DNA of 64,000 bases, from positions 1 through 64,000 of IMG/VR virus record IMGVR_UViG_3300033121_001593, one strand, 5' to 3'. Below, piece by piece: positions 1 to 7,870 of the stretch. Below the pieces are notes generated by a model. The model was given only the letters and a program-made list of their open reading frames with translations, was not told the DNA's origin and did no database searches. This DNA is from a virus. Taxonomy: Duplodnaviria; Caudoviricetes. A program made the position numbers and the translations under genes. Within the stretch, counting starts at the first letter, position 1; each line of letters starts with the position of its first letter.

Positions 1-159
1 GGCATCGTGTTCTGGAACGGCCGCGACGAAAGCCGCCCGACTTCGGTTGTGTATCCCCTGCTGGATACCGCCCGCGTTCATCCGGCCGACGCGGCGACAC
101 GCCTGACGGCCTACGAGCAGGGAGCCTACTGTCACACGCTCCCCTACAAGGCGCTATGA
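1..159 (+). CDS. partial hypothetical protein (5' truncated)
   Basis: Open frame 1 ending TGA at 157-159, ATGA overlap with next ORF. Confidence 0.55.
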   Translation, partial: GIVFWNGRDESRPTSVVYPLLDTARVHPADAATRLTAYEQGAYCHTLPYKAL

Positions 160-548
160 CGCCCTGGTCGAGAGCCTGCTTCGTATGCGGTGGCAAGGGC
201 ACGACGCACAAGGCGAGCGGCCTTTCGCTCTGCGATGTCTGCGGCCGCTGCGCCCCGCCCGACGCCATGGCCGATGTAAACGCCGGCCGGAATATCCAGC
301 GGGCACGCGGCGATATCGCTCTGGCGCGCGCCAGAGCCGCCGAGCACCAGCGTGACTGGTGGCGCGCCAAGCTGAAGGCCGAACTGCGCACCGCCGCCGA
401 GACGTGGCGGCGCTATCTGAAGACGGCGCGCGGCCCCCGCCCTGAGAGTGCCGACGCGGTCGAGGAAGTGCTAGCCTGGCTGGCCGGCCTCGACGACGAC
501 CCCGCCGGCCTGGTCGCCGGCCCTGAGATCGACGCGGAGGACTTATGA
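156..548 (+). CDS. hypothetical phage protein with N-terminal CxxC...CxxC zinc ribbon
   Basis: CFVC/CDVC motifs; coupled by ATGA overlaps. Confidence 0.65.
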   Translation: MTPWSRACFVCGGKGTTHKASGLSLCDVCGRCAPPDAMADVNAGRNIQRARGDIALARARAAEHQRDWWRAKLKAELRTAAETWRRYLKTARGPRPESADAVEEVLAWLAGLDDDPAGLVAGPEIDAEDL

Positions 549-1051
549 CCCAAGCCTGCAACCGCTGCGGCCGGCCTTCGCCGCCGTATCGCCTGGACGC
601 CGCCGGGCGCTGTGAGGCGCGGCTGCCCTGCGCCCGCGTCACCGCCCGAACGTCGGTTGACCCCGGCCTGCTGAAGGAGCTACGCGACGACGCCCTGAGC
701 CTGCCCGACGATATCCGCCGCACCGCCGCCGAGCGCCTGCGTCTGATCTGGGCCGGCGATACCGCGAACCGCGCCCTCTGCGCCTGGATCGAATACCGGC
801 TGAATGGCGTCGGTTACGCCGCCTGGCAGTTCATCGTCGCCGGCCTGCCCGATACGGACCCGGAGCAGATCGCCAATCTGATCGACGCTGACGGGCGCTG
901 GTTTGGCAACTGGTCGGGGGATGATATACTGCGCTACGTGAAGGCGGCCCTACGCGGCGAGCCTTCAGACGACGATTGTGACCTGTACCGTGAGCGGGAG
1001 CGGATCACCCGCCGCGCTAGCGACCGCCTGACCTGGGCTGAGGAGGTATAA
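545..1051 (+). CDS. hypothetical phage protein
   Basis: GGAGG RBS, overlap with upstream stop. Confidence 0.7.
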   Translation: MTQACNRCGRPSPPYRLDAAGRCEARLPCARVTARTSVDPGLLKELRDDALSLPDDIRRTAAERLRLIWAGDTANRALCAWIEYRLNGVGYAAWQFIVAGLPDTDPEQIANLIDADGRWFGNWSGDDILRYVKAALRGEPSDDDCDLYRERERITRRASDRLTWAEEV

Positions 1052-1053
1052 CC

Positions 1054-1329
1054 GTGCCGTCACCTGTGACCTGGAAAATGCTAGCGGCCTACGAGCCGCG
1101 CCTGGCGGCCCTACTGGAAGAGGCCAGGCGCGTCGACGGGAGCGATCCCAACTTCTGCGCTAACGCCGTTTGGTTCATGGGCGGAATGAAGGATCGGGTT
1201 ATCGCCCTGGCGGGCTGGGAGGCACCCGTGACCGCGCCGGCCTGGATGCGCGGTCAGTCGGCCTACGACGTCGCCTATCAGACGATCTATGACGCCCTGC
1301 CGCCCTGCCGGGATTGCTTCTGCATGTAA
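1054..1329 (+). CDS. hypothetical phage protein (C-terminal LPPCRDCFC)
   Basis: AGGAGG RBS, GTG start. Confidence 0.7.
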   Translation: MPSPVTWKMLAAYEPRLAALLEEARRVDGSDPNFCANAVWFMGGMKDRVIALAGWEAPVTAPAWMRGQSAYDVAYQTIYDALPPCRDCFCM

Positions 1330-1340
1330 GGACCGCCCCC

Positions 1341-1390
1341 CGCTTCTCGATCAGAAAAAGAGCTTTGGCCCGGATTTACTCAAACGAGAA
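1341..1390 (+). repeat. ~50-bp dispersed repeat, copy 1 (CTTCTCGAT..GAAAAAGAG..ATTTACTCAAACGAGAA)
   Basis: Related copies at 5216-5264 (+) and 7817-7864 (-). Confidence 0.75.
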
Positions 1391-1438
1391 ATCTGGACCG
1401 GGCTTCTTTTTTGCCCCCCTTTTTGGCTAAACTGATAC

Positions 1439-1467
1439 TTGACAAGCTGAATGACCTGTGCTAAAAT
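1439..1467 (+). promoter_or_regulatory. sigma70-type phage promoter
   Basis: TTGACA-17-TAAAAT. Confidence 0.8.
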
Positions 1468-1515
1468 GGTTTATAGTTAGTTAAGCCGTAGCGAACGCCG
1501 AAAGGACCAGCCCTC

Positions 1516-1788
1516 ATGAACACCGACCGCCGCCAGTACGCCGAAGCAGAATATGACGACAGCATGATCGGAGCCGATCACATCTGCCTGAGCTATAGCG
1601 ACTGGATGCAACTGGTCGAGCTGACCGAGGCGGACGGGATCGAGGTCAACGAGATCACCCGTATCCTGGGAGCCGGGCCGGACGGGCAGGGATTTTTCAG
1701 CGACACCCAGCAGTATGAATGGCTGGAGAGCATGACTTTCAACGAGATCGTGACCTGGGTTATCGATCACGCGCAGGAGGCGAAATGA
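1516..1788 (+). CDS. acidic hypothetical early protein
   Basis: GAAAGGA RBS downstream of promoter. Confidence 0.75.
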   Translation: MNTDRRQYAEAEYDDSMIGADHICLSYSDWMQLVELTEADGIEVNEITRILGAGPDGQGFFSDTQQYEWLESMTFNEIVTWVIDHAQEAK

Positions 1789-1988
1789 GCACCTATCGAG
1801 TACTGGTAGATATCTACGACGGCCAGGACGACGAAGGCGAGGACCGTATCATCCCCTTCACCGTCAAGACCGAAGCCGGCAGCGAGGCCGAGGCGTTCCT
1901 GAAGGCGGAGGACCGCGCTGCCGCCGTCTACGGTTCCGCCAATGTGATGGGGGCCTACGAGGCCCACCGAATCGGATCGGTCGAATAA
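1785..1988 (+). CDS. hypothetical protein
   Basis: AGGAGG RBS, ATG at 1785 (MSTYRVLV). Confidence 0.7.
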   Translation: MSTYRVLVDIYDGQDDEGEDRIIPFTVKTEAGSEAEAFLKAEDRAAAVYGSANVMGAYEAHRIGSVE

Positions 1989-2003
1989 AGGAGGCCGCCT
2001 GCA

Positions 2004-2261
2004 ATGCCCACAATCCCAACGGTGAAGGTCATCATAAACGGCGAGAAGATCGATTGTGAAGTCATCGATCTTTACGATAATAGCATAGCCGTCGCCTGCC
2101 CGCAGGTCGACGCTCAGACGGCCGAGCTTGAGACCCTACGGGATGATAACGAGGCCCTTAGAACCACCCTGTATGGTCTGGTCAAAACCTACGGCGGTGC
2201 CGGCGGTTTCATCTGGAACAACGCCAAGAAGATTTTGGAGATGACCGGAGGCAAGCCGTGA
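2004..2261 (+). CDS. hypothetical protein
   Basis: AAGGAGG RBS. Confidence 0.7.
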   Translation: MPTIPTVKVIINGEKIDCEVIDLYDNSIAVACPQVDAQTAELETLRDDNEALRTTLYGLVKTYGGAGGFIWNNAKKILEMTGGKP

Positions 2262-2638
2262 CCGATCAATACGAGGGTTGGAACCGGGAGATGCTGCTGA
2301 CCCTGATCCGTGAGCTAAAGGGCCAAGTTGCGGATTATCAGGGCCAGTGCAGCAAGGTCATCGCCGGGGCCGCCAGAACGGTTGACGAGGCCCGCCGTCA
2401 GATCGCCGAGCTTGAGGATCACAACGGCTGGCGCACGCTGACCAAAGACGACAAGCCGCGCTATTTCGAGGCGTTCCTCTTGGAGTGGGATTGTCACTGG
2501 CAGCGTGCCGTGATGCTCGGAGCCGTCAACCCGTCGATCAGTATCTACTGGCACGGGCAGGAGGATATCCGCCCCTTTGCCGATCTTATCGGCCGGCGCT
2601 GGATGCGAGTCCCCAAGCTACCGAAGGAGGATCAATGA
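2258..2638 (+). CDS. hypothetical coiled-coil protein
   Basis: GGAGG RBS, GTGA overlap. Confidence 0.7.
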   Translation: MTDQYEGWNREMLLTLIRELKGQVADYQGQCSKVIAGAARTVDEARRQIAELEDHNGWRTLTKDDKPRYFEAFLLEWDCHWQRAVMLGAVNPSISIYWHGQEDIRPFADLIGRRWMRVPKLPKEDQ

Positions 2639-3066
2639 CCGCCGACGCCCTGCAATACAGCCTCTTTGCCGACGCCCTGCCGACACGCACCGGGCGCGCC
2701 GCCGAGCCTGCCGAGCGCCCGCCCCGGATCACCCCGCCCCCGGCCCGCACTCCCGCCGCCCCCAAGCCGGCCCCGGCGCTGCCCGCAATCGCCGGCCTGG
2801 GCGGTAAGGTCAAGCCCGGCGATTGGGTCAGGCTGGACCCCCGCACGGACAAGGCCGCCCGTGACTTTGGCCTAAGCGCCGGCCATGTCGAGGCGGTGGT
2901 AGACGCACGCTATCCCCTGCCCGGCCTGCTGCTGGCCTACGCCGAGCGTGAGGCCCCGCCCGCCCGCTGGTCGCACGTCATGGGGGGCTTCCGTACCCCC
3001 CACCCCTTCGACGCCGTGGCGGAAGTTTGGCGGCCCGGCCCGGACGGATGGACGCCCGTCAAGTAG
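2635..3066 (+). CDS. hypothetical Pro-rich protein
   Basis: GGAGG RBS, ATG at 2635 (MTADALQYSLF). Confidence 0.65.
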   Translation: MTADALQYSLFADALPTRTGRAAEPAERPPRITPPPARTPAAPKPAPALPAIAGLGGKVKPGDWVRLDPRTDKAARDFGLSAGHVEAVVDARYPLPGLLLAYAEREAPPARWSHVMGGFRTPHPFDAVAEVWRPGPDGWTPVK

Positions 3067-3111
3067 CCAACCTTAAATTTTTCGAGATTGGCGAAAAAGG
3101 CCCTTTTTCGC

Positions 3112-3140
3112 TTGACAAACTAAACAGCCTGTAGTAAAAT
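3112..3140 (+). promoter_or_regulatory. sigma70-type phage promoter
   Basis: TTGACA-17-TAAAAT. Confidence 0.8.
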
Positions 3141-3217
3141 GGTCATAGTGAAGTAAGCGTAACCAAACGACCCAAATCGCCGGGGGCCGCCCCCCTACCA
3201 CGAAAGGACCCTCTCAC

Positions 3218-3424
3218 ATGACCCAAACCGCCCCCACCCCCACCCTGAACGCCGGCCTGAGCGTTACCACCTTCGGCCGGGCGACGGGCTACTACGACGG
3301 CGAGGGCCTGTTCGGTCGGGGCACCTTCGACGCCGAAGGTAACTTCGAACTGGACGATTTCGGCGGCGGTTTCGTCGAAGCGGTCCAGGCCATGGAGCGG
3401 GCAATGGAGGCCGGCAATGAATGA
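3218..3424 (+). CDS. hypothetical early protein
   Basis: CGAAAGGA RBS. Confidence 0.7.
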   Translation: MTQTAPTPTLNAGLSVTTFGRATGYYDGEGLFGRGTFDAEGNFELDDFGGGFVEAVQAMERAMEAGNE

Positions 3425-3725
3425 CGAAACGCGGCAGTACGTCCGCCGAACGACCCGCACCACCGCCACGGTGCGCCTGTTCCCCTACGGGGGAGGCTGG
3501 CGGGTGAAGTATGAGAAGACCAGCAACTCCAAGGTCGACTCCCGCCTGCTGGCCTATCATGACGAGGAGTATATGCCCCGCCCGCCAATGGGCGGTTATG
3601 GATACCGGGCCTGTGAATATAAAGAGGCGTGTCGCCAAGCCCGCGAGAACGCCGAGAAAGCCTATCGCCAGATCGTCGCCATCCTGACGCCCCCGGAGAA
3701 AAATCATGCAAATGTCAGCGCCTGA
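3417..3725 (+). CDS. hypothetical protein
   Basis: GGAGG RBS, overlapping operon. Confidence 0.65.
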   Translation: MNDETRQYVRRTTRTTATVRLFPYGGGWRVKYEKTSNSKVDSRLLAYHDEEYMPRPPMGGYGYRACEYKEACRQARENAEKAYRQIVAILTPPEKNHANVSA

Positions 3726-3981
3726 GCACGCCGCCGCCGTGGCCGTCTACAAAAGCCCGGCCGTTTCCGAGATCATTCAGGCCCTCTATGCGCGCTGGCT
3801 AGTGGAGCGCGAATTCGAGGACTTCACCGAATACGCCGACCGGATGAAGGCGGTGATCGAGGCCGCCGGCGCTATCTTCGTCAAGGCCAAGAAGCGCCCG
3901 TTTGGTTGTGAATTTGCGATTGGGGGACGCGGCTACTCGCTCTCCGTGAACTCGCGGGATTACTGGATGCTGGCCCTATGA
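3706..3981 (+). CDS. hypothetical protein
   Basis: GGAG RBS, operon continuity. Confidence 0.7.
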   Translation: MQMSAPEHAAAVAVYKSPAVSEIIQALYARWLVEREFEDFTEYADRMKAVIEAAGAIFVKAKKRPFGCEFAIGGRGYSLSVNSRDYWMLAL

Positions 3982-4328
3982 GCGCCCCACAGAACGATCT
4001 TGACTTTTGCCCGACTCATGGCAATGACCTGGAGACAATCGACGGGCAGCTTGTTTGCCCGGTCTGCAACTACGTCGCCAGCCGGGCGGGACTAGCCACC
4101 TGCTGCTCAGGCACGTCGGGCCGCATGTGCAGCCGGGCCGCGACGATCCTGGCCCGCAAGCCTCGCTGGACTAAATCGGTATCGGCCTTCTGTGACCTGC
4201 ACCGCCCCGACTCCGAGTGGATCACCGTCGCCGCGAGCCTGACCGGATTCGTAACCGACGCCCTTCAGCCGGTCGGAACGCCGGCCTATTACGGGCTAAC
4301 AGCCCCTTCCCTACAGGAGCAGGAATGA
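3978..4328 (+). CDS. Cys-rich hypothetical protein
   Basis: CPTH/CPVC motifs, ATGA overlap. Confidence 0.65.
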   Translation: MSAPQNDLDFCPTHGNDLETIDGQLVCPVCNYVASRAGLATCCSGTSGRMCSRAATILARKPRWTKSVSAFCDLHRPDSEWITVAASLTGFVTDALQPVGTPAYYGLTAPSLQEQE

Positions 4329-4831
4329 CCAGACACACCACCAGCGACCCCTGGTGCAATGCCGTGATGGAGCAGTGGAAGGCCGCCACCGAGGCCGGCG
4401 ACCGAGGCAGGCAGCTTATGTTCGTGGGCCTGTGTGAAAAGCACAAGGCACCGTCAATCGACTGGCAGCGGGTCGCCAAGGACGCCGGCATCGACGTACC
4501 TGACCCGATCACGGAAGACCGGGCCATCGCCCAGCAAGAGGCCCTGGCCGCCCTAGTCTACGAAGTCGGCCGCATTATCGAGCATAGCGGGAGCAGCGAT
4601 CTTATCGCCGCCTACAATCACGCCCGCGGCCTGCTCGCCAATCCCGAACAGCCGGACGACTGGATCAGCCAGAATGACGCCCGCCGCGTCGTCAAGAGCC
4701 TGACCTCCCTCAGCGTCCAGGTCGACCGTCTCATGGCCGCCTCTATCGAGGCCAGCCCCGACGACTTTACCACCGCCTTGCGCATGGTTGCTAAGGCCCG
4801 CGCAGGCAGCCTTGAGAAGCCGAGAAAGTAA
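4325..4831 (+). CDS. hypothetical protein
   Basis: AGGAG RBS, ATG at 4325. Confidence 0.65.
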   Translation: MTRHTTSDPWCNAVMEQWKAATEAGDRGRQLMFVGLCEKHKAPSIDWQRVAKDAGIDVPDPITEDRAIAQQEALAALVYEVGRIIEHSGSSDLIAAYNHARGLLANPEQPDDWISQNDARRVVKSLTSLSVQVDRLMAASIEASPDDFTTALRMVAKARAGSLEKPRK

Positions 4832-5211
4832 TGGAGCTATACGAAATCTTTGGCGGCCAATCCCTGGCCGACGCAATCTATCGCCGCCCTGAGGACCTGG
4901 CACCGGCCCGCGCTGAGCGCCCGGATTGGGTGCCCGATCTGTCAAGCGCCGCGATGATCGGCTGGAGCCTGCCCGGTCTCGATCTACACGGGGCCAACCT
5001 GCGCGGCGCTGACCTGACCTTTGCCGATCTGTCGGGAGCCAACCTAGCCGGCGCTGACTTACGGGCGTCGCACTTGGCCGGCGCGCTGTTCTGTGGCGCT
5101 GACCTGACCGGCGCGCTACTGCACGGCGCGGGCCTGCACGCCGCCGACCTCACCGGCGCTATCGGAGTCGACCTCACCGGAGCCGCCGGCCTCGCCGGCC
5201 TCGTTCGCTAG
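4831..5211 (+). CDS. pentapeptide repeat protein
   Basis: A(D/N)LxG repeats: GANLRGADLTFADLSGANLAGADL. Confidence 0.9.
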   Translation: MELYEIFGGQSLADAIYRRPEDLAPARAERPDWVPDLSSAAMIGWSLPGLDLHGANLRGADLTFADLSGANLAGADLRASHLAGALFCGADLTGALLHGAGLHAADLTGAIGVDLTGAAGLAGLVR

Positions 5212-5215
5212 GCCC

Positions 5216-5264
5216 CGCTTCTCGATTGGAAAAAGAGCCGTCGCCCGATTTTGCGGAACGAGAA
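5216..5264 (+). repeat. ~50-bp dispersed repeat, copy 2
   Basis: CGCTTCTCGATTGGAAAAAGAG...GAACGAGAA. Confidence 0.7.
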
Positions 5265-5303
5265 AAGGGCCGGCCTATCTACTTCAGATAGGCCGGCCCT
5301 TTT
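5263..5303. terminator. bidirectional intrinsic terminator
   Basis: AAAAGGGCCGGCCTATCT-acttc-AGATAGGCCGGCCCTTTT between convergent units. Confidence 0.85.
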
Positions 5304-5379
5304 GATTTAGTAACCGATGGGCCAGTGCCGGCGCGTAGGAGGGAACGCCGGCACCGGCCCGCTGTGAGGAGAAACAGCC
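5263..5379 (-). ncRNA. candidate sRNA with two anti-SD (CUCCU) loops
   Basis: TTGACG-18-TAGAAT promoter (5414-5385); hairpin loops UUCUCCUC and UUCCCUCCUA; terminator. Confidence 0.5.
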
Positions 5380-5410
5380 CGCGCATTCTAAGGCCGCCGG
5401 CCCGGCCCCG

Positions 5411-5881
5411 TCAAGCCGGCGCTATTCTCCGACGCCCGACCGCGATGTTGATCAGCGTCGAGTGAGATATGCCGAAGCGCGCCGCCAGCTTGCAGACGCC
5501 CCGGCCCGGAACGTAGAGACGACGTATCTCCGCCACCTCGTCGTCCGAGAGCCTGGCCTTACCGTTTGCCAGGCCGTAGCAGTGACTAGCCACGGTGCGG
5601 CCTTTGGCGGCCCGGTCCCGGCAGTTATCCGCCCGCGTACCCAGGAACAGATGACCGGGATTGACGCACGCCGGCACGTCGCAGGAATGCAGTACGCACA
5701 TACCGGCGGGGATCGGCCCATGAACGAGCGTCCAAGCGATACGATGGGCCAGCACGATGCCTCGGACGTTGTGGGCTAGCCCGTAACCGTCCGCGTTCAC
5801 CGTGCCGGCCCATAGCCAGCAGCCGGGCGTCTTGTTGACGCTCTGCCAGAACAGCGTCACGTTATCCATATCGCTCTCCAT
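5411..5881 (-). CDS. HNH homing endonuclease with C-terminal HTH
   Basis: CWLW..GYG..AHRIAW..VLHSCDVPACVNPGHL..DN. Confidence 0.92.
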   Translation of the reverse strand: MESDMDNVTLFWQSVNKTPGCWLWAGTVNADGYGLAHNVRGIVLAHRIAWTLVHGPIPAGMCVLHSCDVPACVNPGHLFLGTRADNCRDRAAKGRTVASHCYGLANGKARLSDDEVAEIRRLYVPGRGVCKLAARFGISHSTLINIAVGRRRIAPA

Positions 5882-5911
5882 GTTTCACGTAGCACACTAT
5901 CAGCGTGAAAC

Positions 5912-7438
5912 CTACAGGCCGCCGGAGCGCACCGCGTCACGGATGGCATAGAACCAGTGGCCGCCCTCCTGGCCGTCGTACAATTCACGCTGAACCGCCT
6001 TGAGGCTGCTACCCAGCGCGATGTATCGGGCCTGGATGAAGGCCACTTGTTCGGCGGTATATCCGACCGTCGTGTCGCTTCCGAAAGCCGGTACACCGGC
6101 CACGGGGGCGGTTTCGGGCCGGTATACCGCCTCCGGTATACCGGTATTGCGTACCGACGGCCACGCCGGAGCCGACAGACGACCGCCCGGCAAGGTTGCG
6201 AGAAAGGCGTCAAAGCGCCCGCCTTCCAGTCCGCAGGCATACGCCTGCACCTCGACCGTATCCGCCCGCTTCACCAGGCACCGCCCCGGCACCGCCGGCA
6301 AGACCTCCGCGCCGGTCCCGCCCAGGATCGCAATCGAGTCGTGATTGCGCTGCACCCTGAACGCCACCGCCGCACCCGACAGGTTACGCAAGGACGCCGG
6401 CACCGAGTCCGCCGACGGCCGCTGCGTCGCCAAGGCCAGGCTCGTACCCGCCGCCCGGCCCCGCCGCGCAATCTCCATCGCCGCCGCCAAGAACCGGTCA
6501 CGCCGCGCCCGATCCTCGTCCTGCGTCAGATCGGCCACCTCGTCCACCAGCACCGTGATGTAAGGCAGGCTCTCGCCCGTCTTCATCTGGTACTCCTCAA
6601 GCGTGCGCGCGCCCGCCTCACGCATCGCCACGAAGCGCCGCACGCACTCCGTCCGCACCGCCGCGATGATCTCGTGCGCCTCCTCAATCGTGCAGGCCAC
6701 CGGCCACGCCAAAGCGTCCAGCCCCGGCATGTTACCAAACGAGACGAGCTTCATATCGATGACCGCAAGCTGCGACCGCTCGCCGGTCGGGTCCTGACGC
6801 AGCAAGCCGGCCGCCATCGCGCCCAAAAGCTCGGACTTGCCGGCCGAAGGCAAACCGCCGATCAAGACGTTGCCCAGATTCTTGAGAGGCAGCGCGACCT
6901 GCGCGCCCGCCCCGTCGACGCCGACCGGGATCGCCAACTCCTTCGTGATCGGCGCGTCGTAGACCTCAACGCGCCGCGGGAAGCTGACCTGGCTCGCGCC
7001 CAGCTGAGGCCACGCCGGAGCCGCCGGCAAGGCCGGAGCCGGGGCCGGCGCGGTGACCTGAGACAGCATCTGCGGGTTGACCTTGACGCCGCGCGGCAGG
7101 GCCGCCACGACTTGCGCGCCCTGAGCATTCAGATCGAGCCACGCCTGCCGGTCCTGGTGACGGGGATCAACCCGCACTTGCGGGTAGAGCGCGGTGTGCT
7201 TGTCGGGCCGGAGCGTGCGCGCCCACAGGAGCAGCCGCTGGATCAGCGTCCACGTCCCCACGATCACGAGCGCGCAGCTACAGAACAGGACCACCAAGAT
7301 CGGCACGATGAACACAAGCTGGCCGAGCGCGTCAATCGCATCGAGCAGCCGCTTTGCAATCTCGAAGAAGAAAAGGCAGACGGCGATCACGATGCCGGCG
7401 AATATGGCGATAAGTACGAATTTCGCAAGACCACGCAC
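5912..7438 (-). CDS. FtsK/SpoIIIE-family ATPase with N-terminal TM helices
   Basis: Walker A GLPSAGKS, IDMK, VLVDEVAD, GRAAG..LATQRP. Confidence 0.88.
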   Translation of the reverse strand: MRGLAKFVLIAIFAGIVIAVCLFFFEIAKRLLDAIDALGQLVFIVPILVVLFCSCALVIVGTWTLIQRLLLWARTLRPDKHTALYPQVRVDPRHQDRQAWLDLNAQGAQVVAALPRGVKVNPQMLSQVTAPAPAPALPAAPAWPQLGASQVSFPRRVEVYDAPITKELAIPVGVDGAGAQVALPLKNLGNVLIGGLPSAGKSELLGAMAAGLLRQDPTGERSQLAVIDMKLVSFGNMPGLDALAWPVACTIEEAHEIIAAVRTECVRRFVAMREAGARTLEEYQMKTGESLPYITVLVDEVADLTQDEDRARRDRFLAAAMEIARRGRAAGTSLALATQRPSADSVPASLRNLSGAAVAFRVQRNHDSIAILGGTGAEVLPAVPGRCLVKRADTVEVQAYACGLEGGRFDAFLATLPGGRLSAPAWPSVRNTGIPEAVYRPETAPVAGVPAFGSDTTVGYTAEQVAFIQARYIALGSSLKAVQRELYDGQEGGHWFYAIRDAVRSGGL

Positions 7439-7508
7439 GGGCGACTCCTTAGCTCGCCCGTCGCCCCGGCCCTACTAGCGACCGGGGACGGCGGGGCTTT
7501 GGCCAGCT

Positions 7509-7724
7509 TCAAAGGTCACTACCTGAGCCACCGTCGCCGGCCAAGGACGGTGGGCTAGTCGGGCGAACCGGGGGGACGCCGAATCCCTCAAGCTCCGAGA
7601 CGCCGGCCACGACCCGCAGGGCCAGGCGCATGGCGGCGCTATCTGAGCCGACGCCCCACCGCTCACGTATCACGCGGATCGCTTCGCGGTCCGCGTCGCC
7701 AAGAAAGATGGTGGTTCGGTTCAT
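7509..7724 (-). CDS. ribbon-helix-helix (CopG-like) DNA-binding protein
   Basis: MNRTTIFL..DREAIRVIRERWGVGSDSAAMRLAL; TATACT just upstream (near-leaderless). Confidence 0.65.
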   Translation of the reverse strand: MNRTTIFLGDADREAIRVIRERWGVGSDSAAMRLALRVVAGVSELEGFGVPPVRPTSPPSLAGDGGSGSDL

Positions 7725-7816
7725 GCGGGAGAGTATAGCAGTTTAGCATACATTTCGCAAATCTCGACCCGACTTATCGCAAAGTATCCCAAATCAAAAA
7801 CGAGAAGCGGTTAGGC

Positions 7817-7864
7817 TTCTCGTTTGAGTAAAATCGCCGGGCTTCTCTTTTTCAATCGAGAAGG
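7817..7864 (-). repeat. ~50-bp dispersed repeat, copy 3
   Basis: Minus strand reads CTTCTCGATTGAAAAAGAG..ATTTTACTCAAACGAGAA. Confidence 0.75.
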
Positions 7865-7870
7865 CCCGCC

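Noticed and set aside
5957-7558. 533-aa plus-strand ORF
   Set aside because: Shadow of the FtsK-like gene; Arg-rich with no motifs
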